Source: an uncultured delta proteobacterium (GTDB lineage Bacteria > Desulfobacterota > Binatia > UBA9968). Taken from it: 64,000 nucleotides of DNA. The position numbers and the translations under genes are program-made. The notes under the pieces are model-generated. The model was not told the origin of the DNA, did not search any database, and saw nothing but the letters and a program-made list of their open reading frames with translations. The stretch is taken from assembly GCA_963771465.1 (NCBI GenBank), contig CAVYTU010000014.1, positions 864,001 to 928,000 on the forward strand. Direction: 5' to 3'. Every line of letters starts with the position of its first letter. Positions within the stretch are counted from its first letter, which is position 1. Of the stretch, positions 38,713 to 48,211 are shown one piece after another.

Positions 38713-39831
38713 ATGAAACGGAACCAGTTCAGTATCCTCGTCTTGTGCGCCACCATGGGAATTTGGCAATCCGCTTTCGCGGCGACGGTCAGTCCGTCTC
38801 TTGCCAAGGCAAAAACGGAAGCTGAAGCGAAGGGCTACATTTTTCTTACCAACCATGACGAAATAATTTCCGAAGCCAAGAAGGAGGGAAAACTTCGTGT
38901 CGTGAGTGGTTTATCGCCCGAAACGCTCAAGGTTATGGTCAGCGCATTCCGGAAAAAATATCCCTTCATCGACATCAGCGCGCACGAAACCACCGGCAGC
39001 GGCGAGCATCAACGCATTCTCCTGGAACTCAAGGCGGGGATGAACAAGGAATGGGACGCTATCAGCATGGCCAACGATTTTTACAACGAGTACGGTCCCT
39101 ACCAGAAGAAATTCGATATCCTGGGGATGTCGCAGAACGGAGTCATACAGATCCAACGCAACATGATCGATCCAAAGAGCCGCAGTGCTGCATCAGTCAC
39201 CGACATGATCCAAATAGGGGTAACTTACAACAAGAATCTCATCGCGCGGGAAAAGGCGCCGGAAAACTGGGAGGATTTTCTCAAACCGGAGTTCAAAGGG
39301 AAAAAGATCATGGTGGATATCAGGCCCACTGAAATCGCCGCCTTGGTTCCGGCATGGGGATTGGAAAAGACCTTGGATTTTGCCCGCAAGCTCGTTGCTC
39401 AGGAGCCCGTTTGGGTACGGGGTGGCTCCAGGGCGGTGGCGGCATTGTTTGCCGGAGAGTATCCCATGGCGATCGGCCAAAATTACCGAAGCGTTCGCCG
39501 GTCGCAGCTCAAGGATCGAACCGGAACGATTGCCTATAAAATGATCGAACCGGTTCCAGTTCGGCCCAGTGAATCTCTCGCTATTACTTCTACGAGTAGC
39601 CGTCCTAACGCGGCACTGCTGTGGCTGGAATTTCAAGCCAGTGATGAAGGGCAGAAAATCATGGATCAATTTGAACCATTTGGCGGCTCCGTCCATGCAC
39701 CTGGCTCAATTCAAGGACAGGAAATAAAGGGCAAGAAGTTGTCGCTGGTGGATTGGGACCATTACACCAAGTTACGCGATTACCAGGACAAAATAGTTGC
39801 GGCCTACGGTTTTCCCAAGGAAACTAAATAA
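38713..39831 (+). CDS. ABC extracellular solute-binding protein (Fe(III)-like family)
   Basis: Signal peptide; AKKEGKLRV, PENWEDFLKPEFKGKK, PNAALLWLEFQASDEGQ; GAGGT RBS. Confidence 0.88.
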   Translation: MKRNQFSILVLCATMGIWQSAFAATVSPSLAKAKTEAEAKGYIFLTNHDEIISEAKKEGKLRVVSGLSPETLKVMVSAFRKKYPFIDISAHETTGSGEHQRILLELKAGMNKEWDAISMANDFYNEYGPYQKKFDILGMSQNGVIQIQRNMIDPKSRSAASVTDMIQIGVTYNKNLIAREKAPENWEDFLKPEFKGKKIMVDIRPTEIAALVPAWGLEKTLDFARKLVAQEPVWVRGGSRAVAALFAGEYPMAIGQNYRSVRRSQLKDRTGTIAYKMIEPVPVRPSESLAITSTSSRPNAALLWLEFQASDEGQKIMDQFEPFGGSVHAPGSIQGQEIKGKKLSLVDWDHYTKLRDYQDKIVAAYGFPKETK

Positions 39832-39849
39832 GGCAAAAGTGGAGACTGA

Positions 39850-39972
39850 GCCGAGCGTTAGCGCTTTTAAATAGATGTAAAGTCAACCCGACCGATCTCT
39901 CGTTACTCGGCAGGCGTTTTGCCGGGCTCGACGGGTAATCCCGAATAACTCGTCCGAACTGGGGACCGCGCT
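39850..39972 (+). repeat. About 125-bp diverged copy of 54423..54550 (end of Bcr/CflA gene plus downstream hairpin region)
   Basis: Shared blocks GCCGAGCGYTAGCGCTTT(T)AAATAGAT, GATCTCTCGTTACTCG, TGCCGGGCTCGRCGGGTAATCCCGAATAA, GACCGCGCT. Confidence 0.85.
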
Positions 39973-40017
39973 TGCCGCAACTTTCTTGCCTGTAGCCGCC
40001 GCCGGACGATTCTTGGA

Positions 40018-41169
40018 TCAGAGCGTTAGCTTGTATAAATCGATCGCGTTCTGTCGCGTCACTTTACGTTTCGTCTCTGCCGAAATACCCTCGAACTGTT
40101 GATCCACGATCTGTTGAGAGTCCGGCCACGTTGTCGCGCCATGCGGATAGTCGCTTGCCCACAAGAACCGGTCGGCGCCATAGAGTGGCGTGGTCAAAAC
40201 TCCAGCCCGGTCGTTCTCGAACGTGAACCAAATGTTCCTGCGAAAGTAATCGGCGGGCGCCAGCTTCAGTCCAGTCTTAGGATCGTGGTCCTTGAACTTG
40301 GCGACCATGTGAGCGACCCAGCCGATGTCCCACTCGGCAGCGACAATTTTCAAGCGCGGGAATCTGTCGAAAACACCACCGTAGATCATTTCCAGGAGAG
40401 ATGTTTGAATTTCTCCTTCGCCGCGGATGAAGGTGCGAATCTTCGGATGGTGGAATTTAGATTTTTTCCAGGCGCCTGTCGTCGTGTGCAGCCCAAGCGG
40501 CACGTCGGCATCCTGGGCCGCGGCCCACAATCGGTCAAAACTCGCTTCGCCGTAATTCATCCCGATCGGTGTTGAGGATGCAATCATGAAGCCCTTCGCC
40601 CCCTGCTTCGCATACTGCGTCAAATCCTCAACGGCACCCTCCATGTTCAGGATCGAAAGAACCGGGAGGCCGACAAGCCGGTTGGGCGCGACGCTGCAGT
40701 ATTCCATCAACCAGTCGTTGTAAGAACGAGCGATCGCCCGGAAAAAAGGTTCGTCCTTCACGCTCAAGCCATAAACATGACGTAGGTGACTTGCGTACAA
40801 GATATCCACTTCCACGCCATCGCGGTCCATGTCCCTGAGACGGGCGTTGGGCTCCCAGGGCCCCGGCCAGTCTTCAAACCGGAAGTTCTTCCGAAATTCG
40901 GCCGCCTGGGAAGAAGTGCGGCCGACGACGCTGCCGACGCCGAGCCCGCCTATCACCATCCCGAGAAACTCCATCGCACAGGACTCGCGGTTTTTTCCTT
41001 CGAGACTCGTTTCCCAGTCGCGAATCGATAGGTAGGGACCGTGCTCGTCTTCGCTCGGATTCCACACGATCTCGGGAGCCCGGTCGCCATACTTCCGGCG
41101 GACTCGCTCCCAAGTGGCCGGAACTTCGTTTACATGGGAATCTGCGGAGATCAATTTGTACTCGCGCAT
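40018..41169 (-). CDS. Amidohydrolase family 2 protein
   Basis: ISADSHV, RLRDMDRDGV, GGVFDRFPRLKIVAAE, WASDYPH; AGGAGG RBS before ATG 41169. Confidence 0.92.
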   Translation of the reverse strand: MREYKLISADSHVNEVPATWERVRRKYGDRAPEIVWNPSEDEHGPYLSIRDWETSLEGKNRESCAMEFLGMVIGGLGVGSVVGRTSSQAAEFRKNFRFEDWPGPWEPNARLRDMDRDGVEVDILYASHLRHVYGLSVKDEPFFRAIARSYNDWLMEYCSVAPNRLVGLPVLSILNMEGAVEDLTQYAKQGAKGFMIASSTPIGMNYGEASFDRLWAAAQDADVPLGLHTTTGAWKKSKFHHPKIRTFIRGEGEIQTSLLEMIYGGVFDRFPRLKIVAAEWDIGWVAHMVAKFKDHDPKTGLKLAPADYFRRNIWFTFENDRAGVLTTPLYGADRFLWASDYPHGATTWPDSQQIVDQQFEGISAETKRKVTRQNAIDLYKLTL

Positions 41170-41194
41170 GCGCACCTCCTAGTAGTTTTATTCC

Positions 41195-41465
41195 GTCGAG
41201 TCTCAAGTCGTAAAGTCTGATCATGTTATCGCGCACGACTTTCCCTCGGACATCCTTCGGCAAGTGTCCCGGTTCTGGCGACCACGCTGCGCGATGCGGC
41301 GCTAAAAAATGTCGCGTAAACCTGATCCTTGACGTCATCCCCCGGCAGCCTTTTCATGTAGCGCAGCGGCACTGTCGGGCTGTGGCGAATGTAGTATTTA
41401 TCCCATTGGTGAACGAAAAAGGAAAGCCACCCGACTTCGATTTCGCTAAAGACAACTTTCTTTCT
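41195..41465 (-). pseudogene. C-terminal remnant of a second amidohydrolase 2 gene
   Basis: KVVFSEIEVGWL...MKRLPGDDVKDQVYATFF in one frame and LPKDVRGKVVRDNMIRLYDL in another; the SDYPH segment is missing. Confidence 0.7.
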
Positions 41466-41696
41466 CGAGATAGTTGAGTCGTAGAAGTTTGACCCCGGCG
41501 ATCTAATTCGCTTTGCTACTACCTTCGTCATTGACGCACAGGCACTACGGTTGCTATTGTGCCATTTCTTTTCCTGCACGCTTCGCGGCAAATATAGAAT
41601 GATGGGTCACCTTGGTCAGCACGACCTCGCGAAATCGCGTGGCATCGGTAGCGTTCACAGCGCCCGGTACGTTCTTGCCATTTGTCCGGAGGTTCG

Positions 41697-43058
41697 ATGC
41701 CGAACGTAGATAGCGATATCATCATCATCGGCGCCGGCGGATGCGGTCTGATGGCGGCGCTGGTGGCGGCCAAGAAGGGCGCGCAGGTGCTGTTGCTCGA
41801 GAAAACGGATAAGCCTGGCGGAGGGACGGCTTTTTCTTCCAAGGGCATTCGCGCCGCGGCAAGCCGGCGACAGCGCGAGTTGAAAATCGACGATAGCGCC
41901 GCTCTCTATGCGCAGGATATTTTGCGGCGGAACAACGGCGAGAGCGACGCTGTCCTAACCCGGCGACTGGCGGAAAACTCGGGGCGAGTGGCTGATTTTC
42001 TCACCGATGAAGCCGGCATCGAATTTCAAATCGGCGAGTTTGTCTTCGGCCACGGCGCCCAGCGATCACACTCGTGGAAGGAGGATAAGACCGTCACCGA
42101 TTTTCTGTTCGCGGCGGTGCAGCGCGAAAAGAAAATTCAATTGCGCTTGTCCACACCGGTGCTCGCGCTCGAGCAAGACGACGGCGGCGCGGTGGTGGGA
42201 GTAAAAACAGCCAACGGCATTGTCACGGCGCGAAAGATTATTTTGGCGTCCGGGGGATACGGAGCGAGCGCTGAGTTGCTCTCCGAGTACATTCCCAAAG
42301 CGGTCGGCATTCCATTTCCCGGCCATCATGGCAGCACCGGCGACGGCATCAAGATGGGCTTGGTGATTGGCGCGGCGATAGAGAACATGGGCGCGTTCCA
42401 GCCGTACCCGGCCTACATCGGTCCGGGAAAGCGCGCGGTGGCGCCGGAGGTGGCGCTATCGGGCGGAATCATGGTCGACGCCGCCGGAAGGCGTTTTGTC
42501 GATGAGACTCGATATCCCGGCGGCCTCGGCACTAAAATGCTCGATCTTCCCGGCAAACACGCCTACGAGATTTTCGATGAGCGGATTTTTAAGCTGCATC
42601 GAAACGCGCCGGGGCTGAGAAGTTTATCCGGCCTCCTCGACGCGGGGCTGTTGCTGAAAGGCGAAACGCCGGATGAGCTGGCGGGCAAACTGGCAATCGC
42701 CGCCGAGGGGCTGAAGCAAACCATCCGCGACTGCAACCAGCGTGCGGCGAGCGGCGACCAAGACGCTTTCGGGCGCGTGCTGCCGCAGCCGTTCGAGGGG
42801 CCCTACTACGGAATCAAAGTGACCGTGGCGCTGTACCACACGCAAGGCGGCTTGAAAGTGAACGCGGACGGCCAGGTTCTGCGCGCCAATGGCTCGATCA
42901 TCCCCAACCTTTATGCCGGCGGCGGCGTGGCTGTCGGTGTCTCCGGCAAGGGACTGGAAGGCTATTTGCCGGGCAACGGGTTATTGGCCTCGCTTGGTCT
43001 CGGCATGATAGCGGCGGAGCATGCGGTCGCGTCGTTAAGTAGCCTGTCACTAAAATAG
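41697..43058 (+). CDS. FAD-dependent oxidoreductase (flavocytochrome c/succinate dehydrogenase flavoprotein family)
   Basis: IIIGAGGCG, LEK, ILASGGY, GSTGDG, GRRFVDE, YHTQGGLKVN, IPNLYAGG; GGAGG RBS. Confidence 0.9.
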   Translation: MPNVDSDIIIIGAGGCGLMAALVAAKKGAQVLLLEKTDKPGGGTAFSSKGIRAAASRRQRELKIDDSAALYAQDILRRNNGESDAVLTRRLAENSGRVADFLTDEAGIEFQIGEFVFGHGAQRSHSWKEDKTVTDFLFAAVQREKKIQLRLSTPVLALEQDDGGAVVGVKTANGIVTARKIILASGGYGASAELLSEYIPKAVGIPFPGHHGSTGDGIKMGLVIGAAIENMGAFQPYPAYIGPGKRAVAPEVALSGGIMVDAAGRRFVDETRYPGGLGTKMLDLPGKHAYEIFDERIFKLHRNAPGLRSLSGLLDAGLLLKGETPDELAGKLAIAAEGLKQTIRDCNQRAASGDQDAFGRVLPQPFEGPYYGIKVTVALYHTQGGLKVNADGQVLRANGSIIPNLYAGGGVAVGVSGKGLEGYLPGNGLLASLGLGMIAAEHAVASLSSLSLK

Positions 43059-43062
43059 TCCC

Positions 43063-44070
43063 ATGCCGATTCAGATTGATCATAAAAGAACAGAAAATCT
43101 CGCACCTCAATTCGATGAAGCGCTCGAGCTCGTGCGCAACGAATTTGCCGGGCTCGACCCACACCGCCAGTACCGCAACGCCTTCGCCCGGCTGCTGAAG
43201 CCGGATCCGCTTGGGCGGGTGCTGATGATGGGCACCGACCAGCGCGACATGTTTGTGCCGGAGCTCCGCCGCGCCATAGAAACGTCGGTGCCGAGTGACG
43301 GTCACATCTTCGACTTCGGAGCGGGCGACGGTCAAACCTTCGCCCTGGTCGCCGATTCAGTGCCGCAGGGCACCCGCGTCTCGATCGAGGAGCCCAATCC
43401 CGAATACCTCGCAAACTACCGTGCTTTTCTAGAAACAACGGCGCATTTGCGGCCCGGTATGGCGCTGGCTGCAGAATTTGATGAGATCGACGCAGCGGCC
43501 GAGCGCTCGGGGGAAAAGCTACCGTCAGATGGCAGCATCGACCTCGGCCTCGCGTTGCACATGATCTATTTCGTCAACGACCTTCCCGCCAGCGTCACAA
43601 GGATGGTGCGCTTCTTGAAGCCCGGCGGTGTGCTGTTCGTCGTCGTGACCGACGAAACCGTCGGCTATACCGGCCTCGCGCTCAAAAGTTTTATCGAACA
43701 CGGCGGCGACACCGGCGACAACGCGCGCCATCTCTCAGTCATCGCCGAGCGCCGCCGCCTGCTTGGACTACCCACAGAGGGCGGCGGCGCGATTGCCGAA
43801 GTGCTCGGTGCCGCGGGAACGCCGGTGGAAATCACCGTGCGGCGCCAGCCGAGCCGACTCTACGGACACAATCTCGCCGACCTGATCGCGCTCTCCTCGA
43901 TTGCACTCCTCGCCAGCGTCGAAGGCCTCGAAAAGTTCGAGGCCGCCGCCGCGCTGCTGCGTCACAACCCCGAAACTCTGGACCTGCGCATCGAAGACGA
44001 CGGCCCCCGTAAAGGCATGTGGAGCGTCACCCAACCGCAATGGGTCGCCGCCTTCCGCCGAACGCGCTAG
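43063..44070 (+). CDS. Class I SAM-dependent methyltransferase
   Basis: IFDFGAGDG motif I, EEPN, LALHMIYFV, FLKPGGVLFV. Confidence 0.85.
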   Translation: MPIQIDHKRTENLAPQFDEALELVRNEFAGLDPHRQYRNAFARLLKPDPLGRVLMMGTDQRDMFVPELRRAIETSVPSDGHIFDFGAGDGQTFALVADSVPQGTRVSIEEPNPEYLANYRAFLETTAHLRPGMALAAEFDEIDAAAERSGEKLPSDGSIDLGLALHMIYFVNDLPASVTRMVRFLKPGGVLFVVVTDETVGYTGLALKSFIEHGGDTGDNARHLSVIAERRRLLGLPTEGGGAIAEVLGAAGTPVEITVRRQPSRLYGHNLADLIALSSIALLASVEGLEKFEAAAALLRHNPETLDLRIEDDGPRKGMWSVTQPQWVAAFRRTR

Positions 44071-44246
44071 CACCTATCTCCACACTGGGCCATGAGAATA
44101 ACGCGTAATCAGTCGACAAGTCATGGAGTCATACCTCTGTTCACTGCGCGTGGCGCGATAGAACGTCATCGTGAGTTTTGCTAAACGGAGTTGCGGTAGC
44201 ACCACCAACGGCAAAGACCAACCTGACAAATTTAAGGAGATTTCCC

Positions 44247-44738
44247 ATGAGACAAAAAAAATCGATCACAAGCATTTTAATCCTTTTCGGAATTCTCTAT
44301 GCGTTATCGTTTCCAGGGATTTCTGCCGAGTCGCCACAATCTGAGGATGCCAAACTTGTGGTGGCTCTCGTCAACAGCGCAGCAGCTTTAATAGAAAGTA
44401 AAGGAAAGAATGCCTTTGCTGAATTTCGCAAGAAAGACAGCAAATGGTTCACCGCGAAAACTTATGTCTTCGTTGATGACATCAACGGAATTGTCCTCGT
44501 CAATCCCCCCTCGCCCGAAATCGAGGGAAAAAATTTAATCGATTGGAAGGATGCTAAAGGGAAAGCGCTCTTACGGGAGTTTATAACGGTCGCCAAAAAT
44601 AAAGGATCGGGTTGGGTGGATTATTGGTGGCCAAAACCCGGGGAAGAGAAACCGTCCAAGAAGATGAGCTATGTCAAGCGAGTGAAAATGCCTACCGGAG
44701 AACTCATCATTGTAGGTGCTGGGATATATGGTGAGTAA
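44247..44738 (+). CDS. Stand-alone secreted single Cache domain protein
   Basis: Signal peptide; YVFV, GKNLIDWKDAKGK, GSGWVDYWWPKPG, KMSYVKRV, VGAGIY; AAGGAG RBS. Confidence 0.9.
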   Translation: MRQKKSITSILILFGILYALSFPGISAESPQSEDAKLVVALVNSAAALIESKGKNAFAEFRKKDSKWFTAKTYVFVDDINGIVLVNPPSPEIEGKNLIDWKDAKGKALLREFITVAKNKGSGWVDYWWPKPGEEKPSKKMSYVKRVKMPTGELIIVGAGIYGE

Positions 44739-44861
44739 CTCGATTCGATACAACTGAAAGAGCACCACAGAGGAAGGCGATTGGATCGGAACGCTTTTCA
44801 AAATGTCGGTGGAATTCTGGACGAACCTGCAAACGACCTACGACTGGCATAACGTGGTCGG

Positions 44862-46130
44862 TTAGAGAATTTCGTTGAGCATGTAGAAAGCGTTGTCTTT
44901 CAGTTTGTGCCACAGGCCGCGCTTGCGCCACGCCTCGAGCTCGATTTCTTTGCACTGCGGTGCGTACTTCTCGAAGACGGCATCGAGCCTCTGTGCCGTT
45001 GCTGCGTCCCGGATCGCAAGCGTGATTTCGTCGTTGGTCTCGAAAGATCGGTCGTCGAAGTTGCTTGAACCGATCGCACTCCACACACCGTCAATGGTCA
45101 TCACTTTCTGGTGCAGCAGCGTGTGCGGATACTCGAACAGGCGCACGCCGCAGCGCAGGAGCTTTTCGAAGTTGCGGTGCCCGGCATGTTGCACCATCGG
45201 GTTATCGGACCCACCGGTCGAAGGCATGATCACGCGCACATCGACGCCGCGGGAAACGGCTTCGCCGAACGCGTCGATGGCTTCCGGCTCGGGAATGAAA
45301 TAGGGATTCTGAATCCAGATTCGCTTGCGGGCGAGGCAGATGGCCGTGTGGTGAAGAATCTTCACGGCAGGCGCCGAGCCCTCCGGTTTTGCGAACGCCG
45401 CGTGGATCAACACGTCACCTTGAGGTTCCAGGGGCGGAAACACATCGTCGCCGAGGAACAACTCCCCCGTTTCCCCAGCCCAGTTCTCACTGAACGCGGA
45501 CTGCACGCTGTGTACGATGGGGCCGCGCAACCTAACGCTGATGTCGGCGAAGTGTTCCTTGTCTTGGGCGTCACCCAGCCAACTGTCGACGATGCAATGG
45601 CCACCCACGAATGCTTCGCTCCCGTCGATGACGACGAGCTTGCGATGATCGCGGTCGTTCAGCACGCCGATGTTTAGGAGAGTCCATTCGTGGAAAAGAA
45701 CGACCCGGCATCCGGCTTCTTCCATCTGTCGCTTAGCTGCCTCGCCGACTTCTTTCGAGCCCGTTGCGTCAAGCATGACACGCACCTGCTTGCCGGCGCG
45801 AGCCGCCTCCGACAACGCGTCCGCCACGCGCTGACCAAGCACGCCTTCCTTCCAAAGAAAGGTTTCGAAATGCACTGACTTTTGAGCCGAGCGAATTCGC
45901 TGCAACAGCACGTCATAAAAAGCGCCGTTCTCCAACACTTCGACGGAATTGCCAGCGACGGCTGTGCCGAGCGTCAGGCCAGCTAAGGAAGGAATCAACT
46001 CATCGATCGGCGAACTACATTCGATATGCAGTCTGGGATCACGGTGACGTCTAATCGACCAAATCACAATCGATAGCAGCAAAACCACGAAAACAAACGC
46101 CGCCGCTAAAATATTGGCCACCTGATTCAT
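44862..46130 (-). CDS. cls: Cardiolipin synthase-like phospholipase D
   Basis: Two HKD motifs (HRKLVVIDG, HQKVMTIDG), NPYFIP, GSSNFDDRSF; N-terminal TM segment. Confidence 0.88.
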   Translation of the reverse strand: MNQVANILAAAFVFVVLLLSIVIWSIRRHRDPRLHIECSSPIDELIPSLAGLTLGTAVAGNSVEVLENGAFYDVLLQRIRSAQKSVHFETFLWKEGVLGQRVADALSEAARAGKQVRVMLDATGSKEVGEAAKRQMEEAGCRVVLFHEWTLLNIGVLNDRDHRKLVVIDGSEAFVGGHCIVDSWLGDAQDKEHFADISVRLRGPIVHSVQSAFSENWAGETGELFLGDDVFPPLEPQGDVLIHAAFAKPEGSAPAVKILHHTAICLARKRIWIQNPYFIPEPEAIDAFGEAVSRGVDVRVIMPSTGGSDNPMVQHAGHRNFEKLLRCGVRLFEYPHTLLHQKVMTIDGVWSAIGSSNFDDRSFETNDEITLAIRDAATAQRLDAVFEKYAPQCKEIELEAWRKRGLWHKLKDNAFYMLNEIL

Positions 46131-46344
46131 CGTTTCGGTACTCTATGAGGTCGAATGCAACGGAGCAAGTCATCGACGCCAAAAGCAAGCTCGATACAAC
46201 AATTTAGTCAGGAAGAAGCATATGATTTTGATTCAATAGCTCCGTTCGTCAAGTCTTCATGATCTCTGCCGGGTCTGGTAAAGATAACCTCGCGCCTGCC
46301 TCGCCTACGCACGGCGTAAATCCAACGAAAAAAAGGAACCATCA

Positions 46345-47994
46345 ATGCGAACATTAATAATTTTTTTCGTTCTCGCGCTGACCTTCTACGGCCATTGGGC
46401 GGCGGCGCAGCACCCGCATGGCGGTGCGACGACCCAGCCGGTGGAGCTTCATCCCGGGCTCGGCAATTATCAGCATCCGATCACGACCAAGAACGCCGAC
46501 GCGCAAACTCATTTCAATCAGGGGCTGATCCTCCTTTATGGCTTCAACCACGACGAAGCCGCCCGCCATTTTCGCCGTGCCACGGAGCTCGATCCTGAAG
46601 CGGCAATGGCGTACTGGGGCCTCGCACTGGCAATCGGGCCCAACTACAACGATACCGCAGTGGATGAAAACCGGGCGAAGAACACCTATGACGCCGTGCG
46701 CAAAGCGCTGCAGAACGCGCCGAAGACGAGCGACCGCGAGCAGCACTATATTCAGGCTCTGGCGAAACGTTACCCGACGTCGAACGCGAAGTCAGACTGG
46801 AAGCGGTTTCACCTCGACTACAGCAAAGCCATGCGAAGTTTGGTACGAAAGTTCCCCGATGACCTCGACGCGGCTACGATGTTCGCCGAGAGTTTGATGA
46901 TGCTGCGGCCCTGGCAGCTCTGGACACGCGACGGCAAGCCTGCGCCGGGCACGCTCGAGCTGGTCGCGGTGCTCGAGTCCGTTCTTAAGCGCAACCCCGA
47001 TCACCCGGGCGCAAACCATTTTTATATTCATGCGGTGGAAGCTTCGCATAATCTCGAGCGCGCCGTCCCGAGCGCCATGCGCCTGATGACGCTCGTCCCC
47101 GGCACGGGCCATCTCGTTCACATGCCGGGACATATCTTTCTCCAAACTGGCGACTACGAGCTGGCCGCGAAAACCAACGTGAACGCCGCCGCGGCAGATA
47201 AGGCGTTTGTGCAGCGCACCGGGGCGACCGGTGTTTACCCGCTGATGTACTGGACGCACAACATTCATTTCATCGCGTATGCGCGCGCCCAGCAGGGGCG
47301 CTACGACGAGGCGCGAGAGGCGGCGCAGGAAATGACGCAAAACGTCGGCGACGCGGATTTGAAGATGCAGATGCTGGAAGGATTCCATTTGTATCCGCTA
47401 ATGGTCGATCTGCGCTTTCATCGTTGGGACGATATTCTCCGCGCTCCGGAGCCCGGCGCCGAGCGCAAGTTACAGCGCGCCTTCAGAGCCTACGCGCGCG
47501 CGATGGCACTGGCCGTACAGGGCAAGGTCAGCGAGGCGACCGCGGAGCGACAACAATTCGAGTCTCTCCGCAAAGCGGTACCGGCTGATTCGCAGTTCCT
47601 GATCAACAATAAATCCTCGAATGTCTTGGCGTTGGCGGCAGCGACGCTCAACGCGCAGCTCGCGGCCGCGCGCCGCGAAGCTCCCAAAGCGATTCAGGAA
47701 TGGCGTCGCGCGGTGGAGCTCGAAGCAAAGATCCAGTATGACGAGCCGCCGGCATGGTTTTATCCCGTGCGGCAATCCCTGGCCGCGGCGCTGCTGCGCA
47801 GCGGAAGACCTAAAGAAGCGGAAGCCGTTTTTAGAGAGGCGATTGCCAAGCAGCCGCGCGACGGCCGGCTGCTCTTCGGCGTGTGGCAGAGCTTGATCGC
47901 CCAGAAACGCGAGAGTGACGCGGCGCTTGTCGAACAACAATTTAACGCCGCATGGAAAGACGCCACGATTAAACTAACCATCGACGACCTGTAA
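46345..47994 (+). CDS. Secreted TPR-like repeat protein
   Basis: Signal peptide; YGFNHDEA, MAYWGLA, HPGANHFYIHAVE, GHLVHMPGHI, YDEPPAW; helical-repeat character. Confidence 0.85.
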   Translation: MRTLIIFFVLALTFYGHWAAAQHPHGGATTQPVELHPGLGNYQHPITTKNADAQTHFNQGLILLYGFNHDEAARHFRRATELDPEAAMAYWGLALAIGPNYNDTAVDENRAKNTYDAVRKALQNAPKTSDREQHYIQALAKRYPTSNAKSDWKRFHLDYSKAMRSLVRKFPDDLDAATMFAESLMMLRPWQLWTRDGKPAPGTLELVAVLESVLKRNPDHPGANHFYIHAVEASHNLERAVPSAMRLMTLVPGTGHLVHMPGHIFLQTGDYELAAKTNVNAAAADKAFVQRTGATGVYPLMYWTHNIHFIAYARAQQGRYDEAREAAQEMTQNVGDADLKMQMLEGFHLYPLMVDLRFHRWDDILRAPEPGAERKLQRAFRAYARAMALAVQGKVSEATAERQQFESLRKAVPADSQFLINNKSSNVLALAAATLNAQLAAARREAPKAIQEWRRAVELEAKIQYDEPPAWFYPVRQSLAAALLRSGRPKEAEAVFREAIAKQPRDGRLLFGVWQSLIAQKRESDAALVEQQFNAAWKDATIKLTIDDL

Positions 47995-48010
47995 ATGCCG
48001 AACCTACCAT

Positions 48011-48120
48011 CTGCTCGCGGACGGTACCTGGGTGCCGATGGCGACGGTGCAGTTTGCCGCAATGACCGCAGCACTGCTCGCCAGTTGGATGGCGATGCGG
48101 GCCGAGGGCTAGTGCTTTAA
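48011..48120 (+). pseudogene. 3'-end remnant of a Bcr/CflA MFS gene paralog
   Basis: Encodes LLADGTWVPMATVQFAAMTAALLASWMAMRAEG*, versus LLANGSWVPMATVHLAAMIAALFAGWIAVRAER* at 54333..54434 (23/33 identical by my count); also shares TAGYGCTTTAA. Confidence 0.88.
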
Positions 48121-48153
48121 GTGACCGCCAATACCTGTTGGCTAATAGGTGAG

Positions 48154-48205
48154 TTTCAACGATTTGAACGGAGCGCAGCGATTGAACGGCTGGAACGGTT
48201 GGAAC
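48154..48205 (+). repeat. TGGAAC/TTGAAC 9-nt-period repeat element
   Basis: 52 nt with 3 mismatches relative to 63701..63752. Confidence 0.85.
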
Positions 48206-48211
48206 GTTTAG

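Noticed and set aside
46184-46199. Minus-strand TTGTATCGAGCTTGCT upstream of the cls-like gene
   Set aside because: The -12 box fits but the invariant GG at -24 is missing.
46345-47994. His-rich TPR-like protein as a novel system
   Set aside because: It resembles a widespread conserved hypothetical family and has no linked partner genes here.
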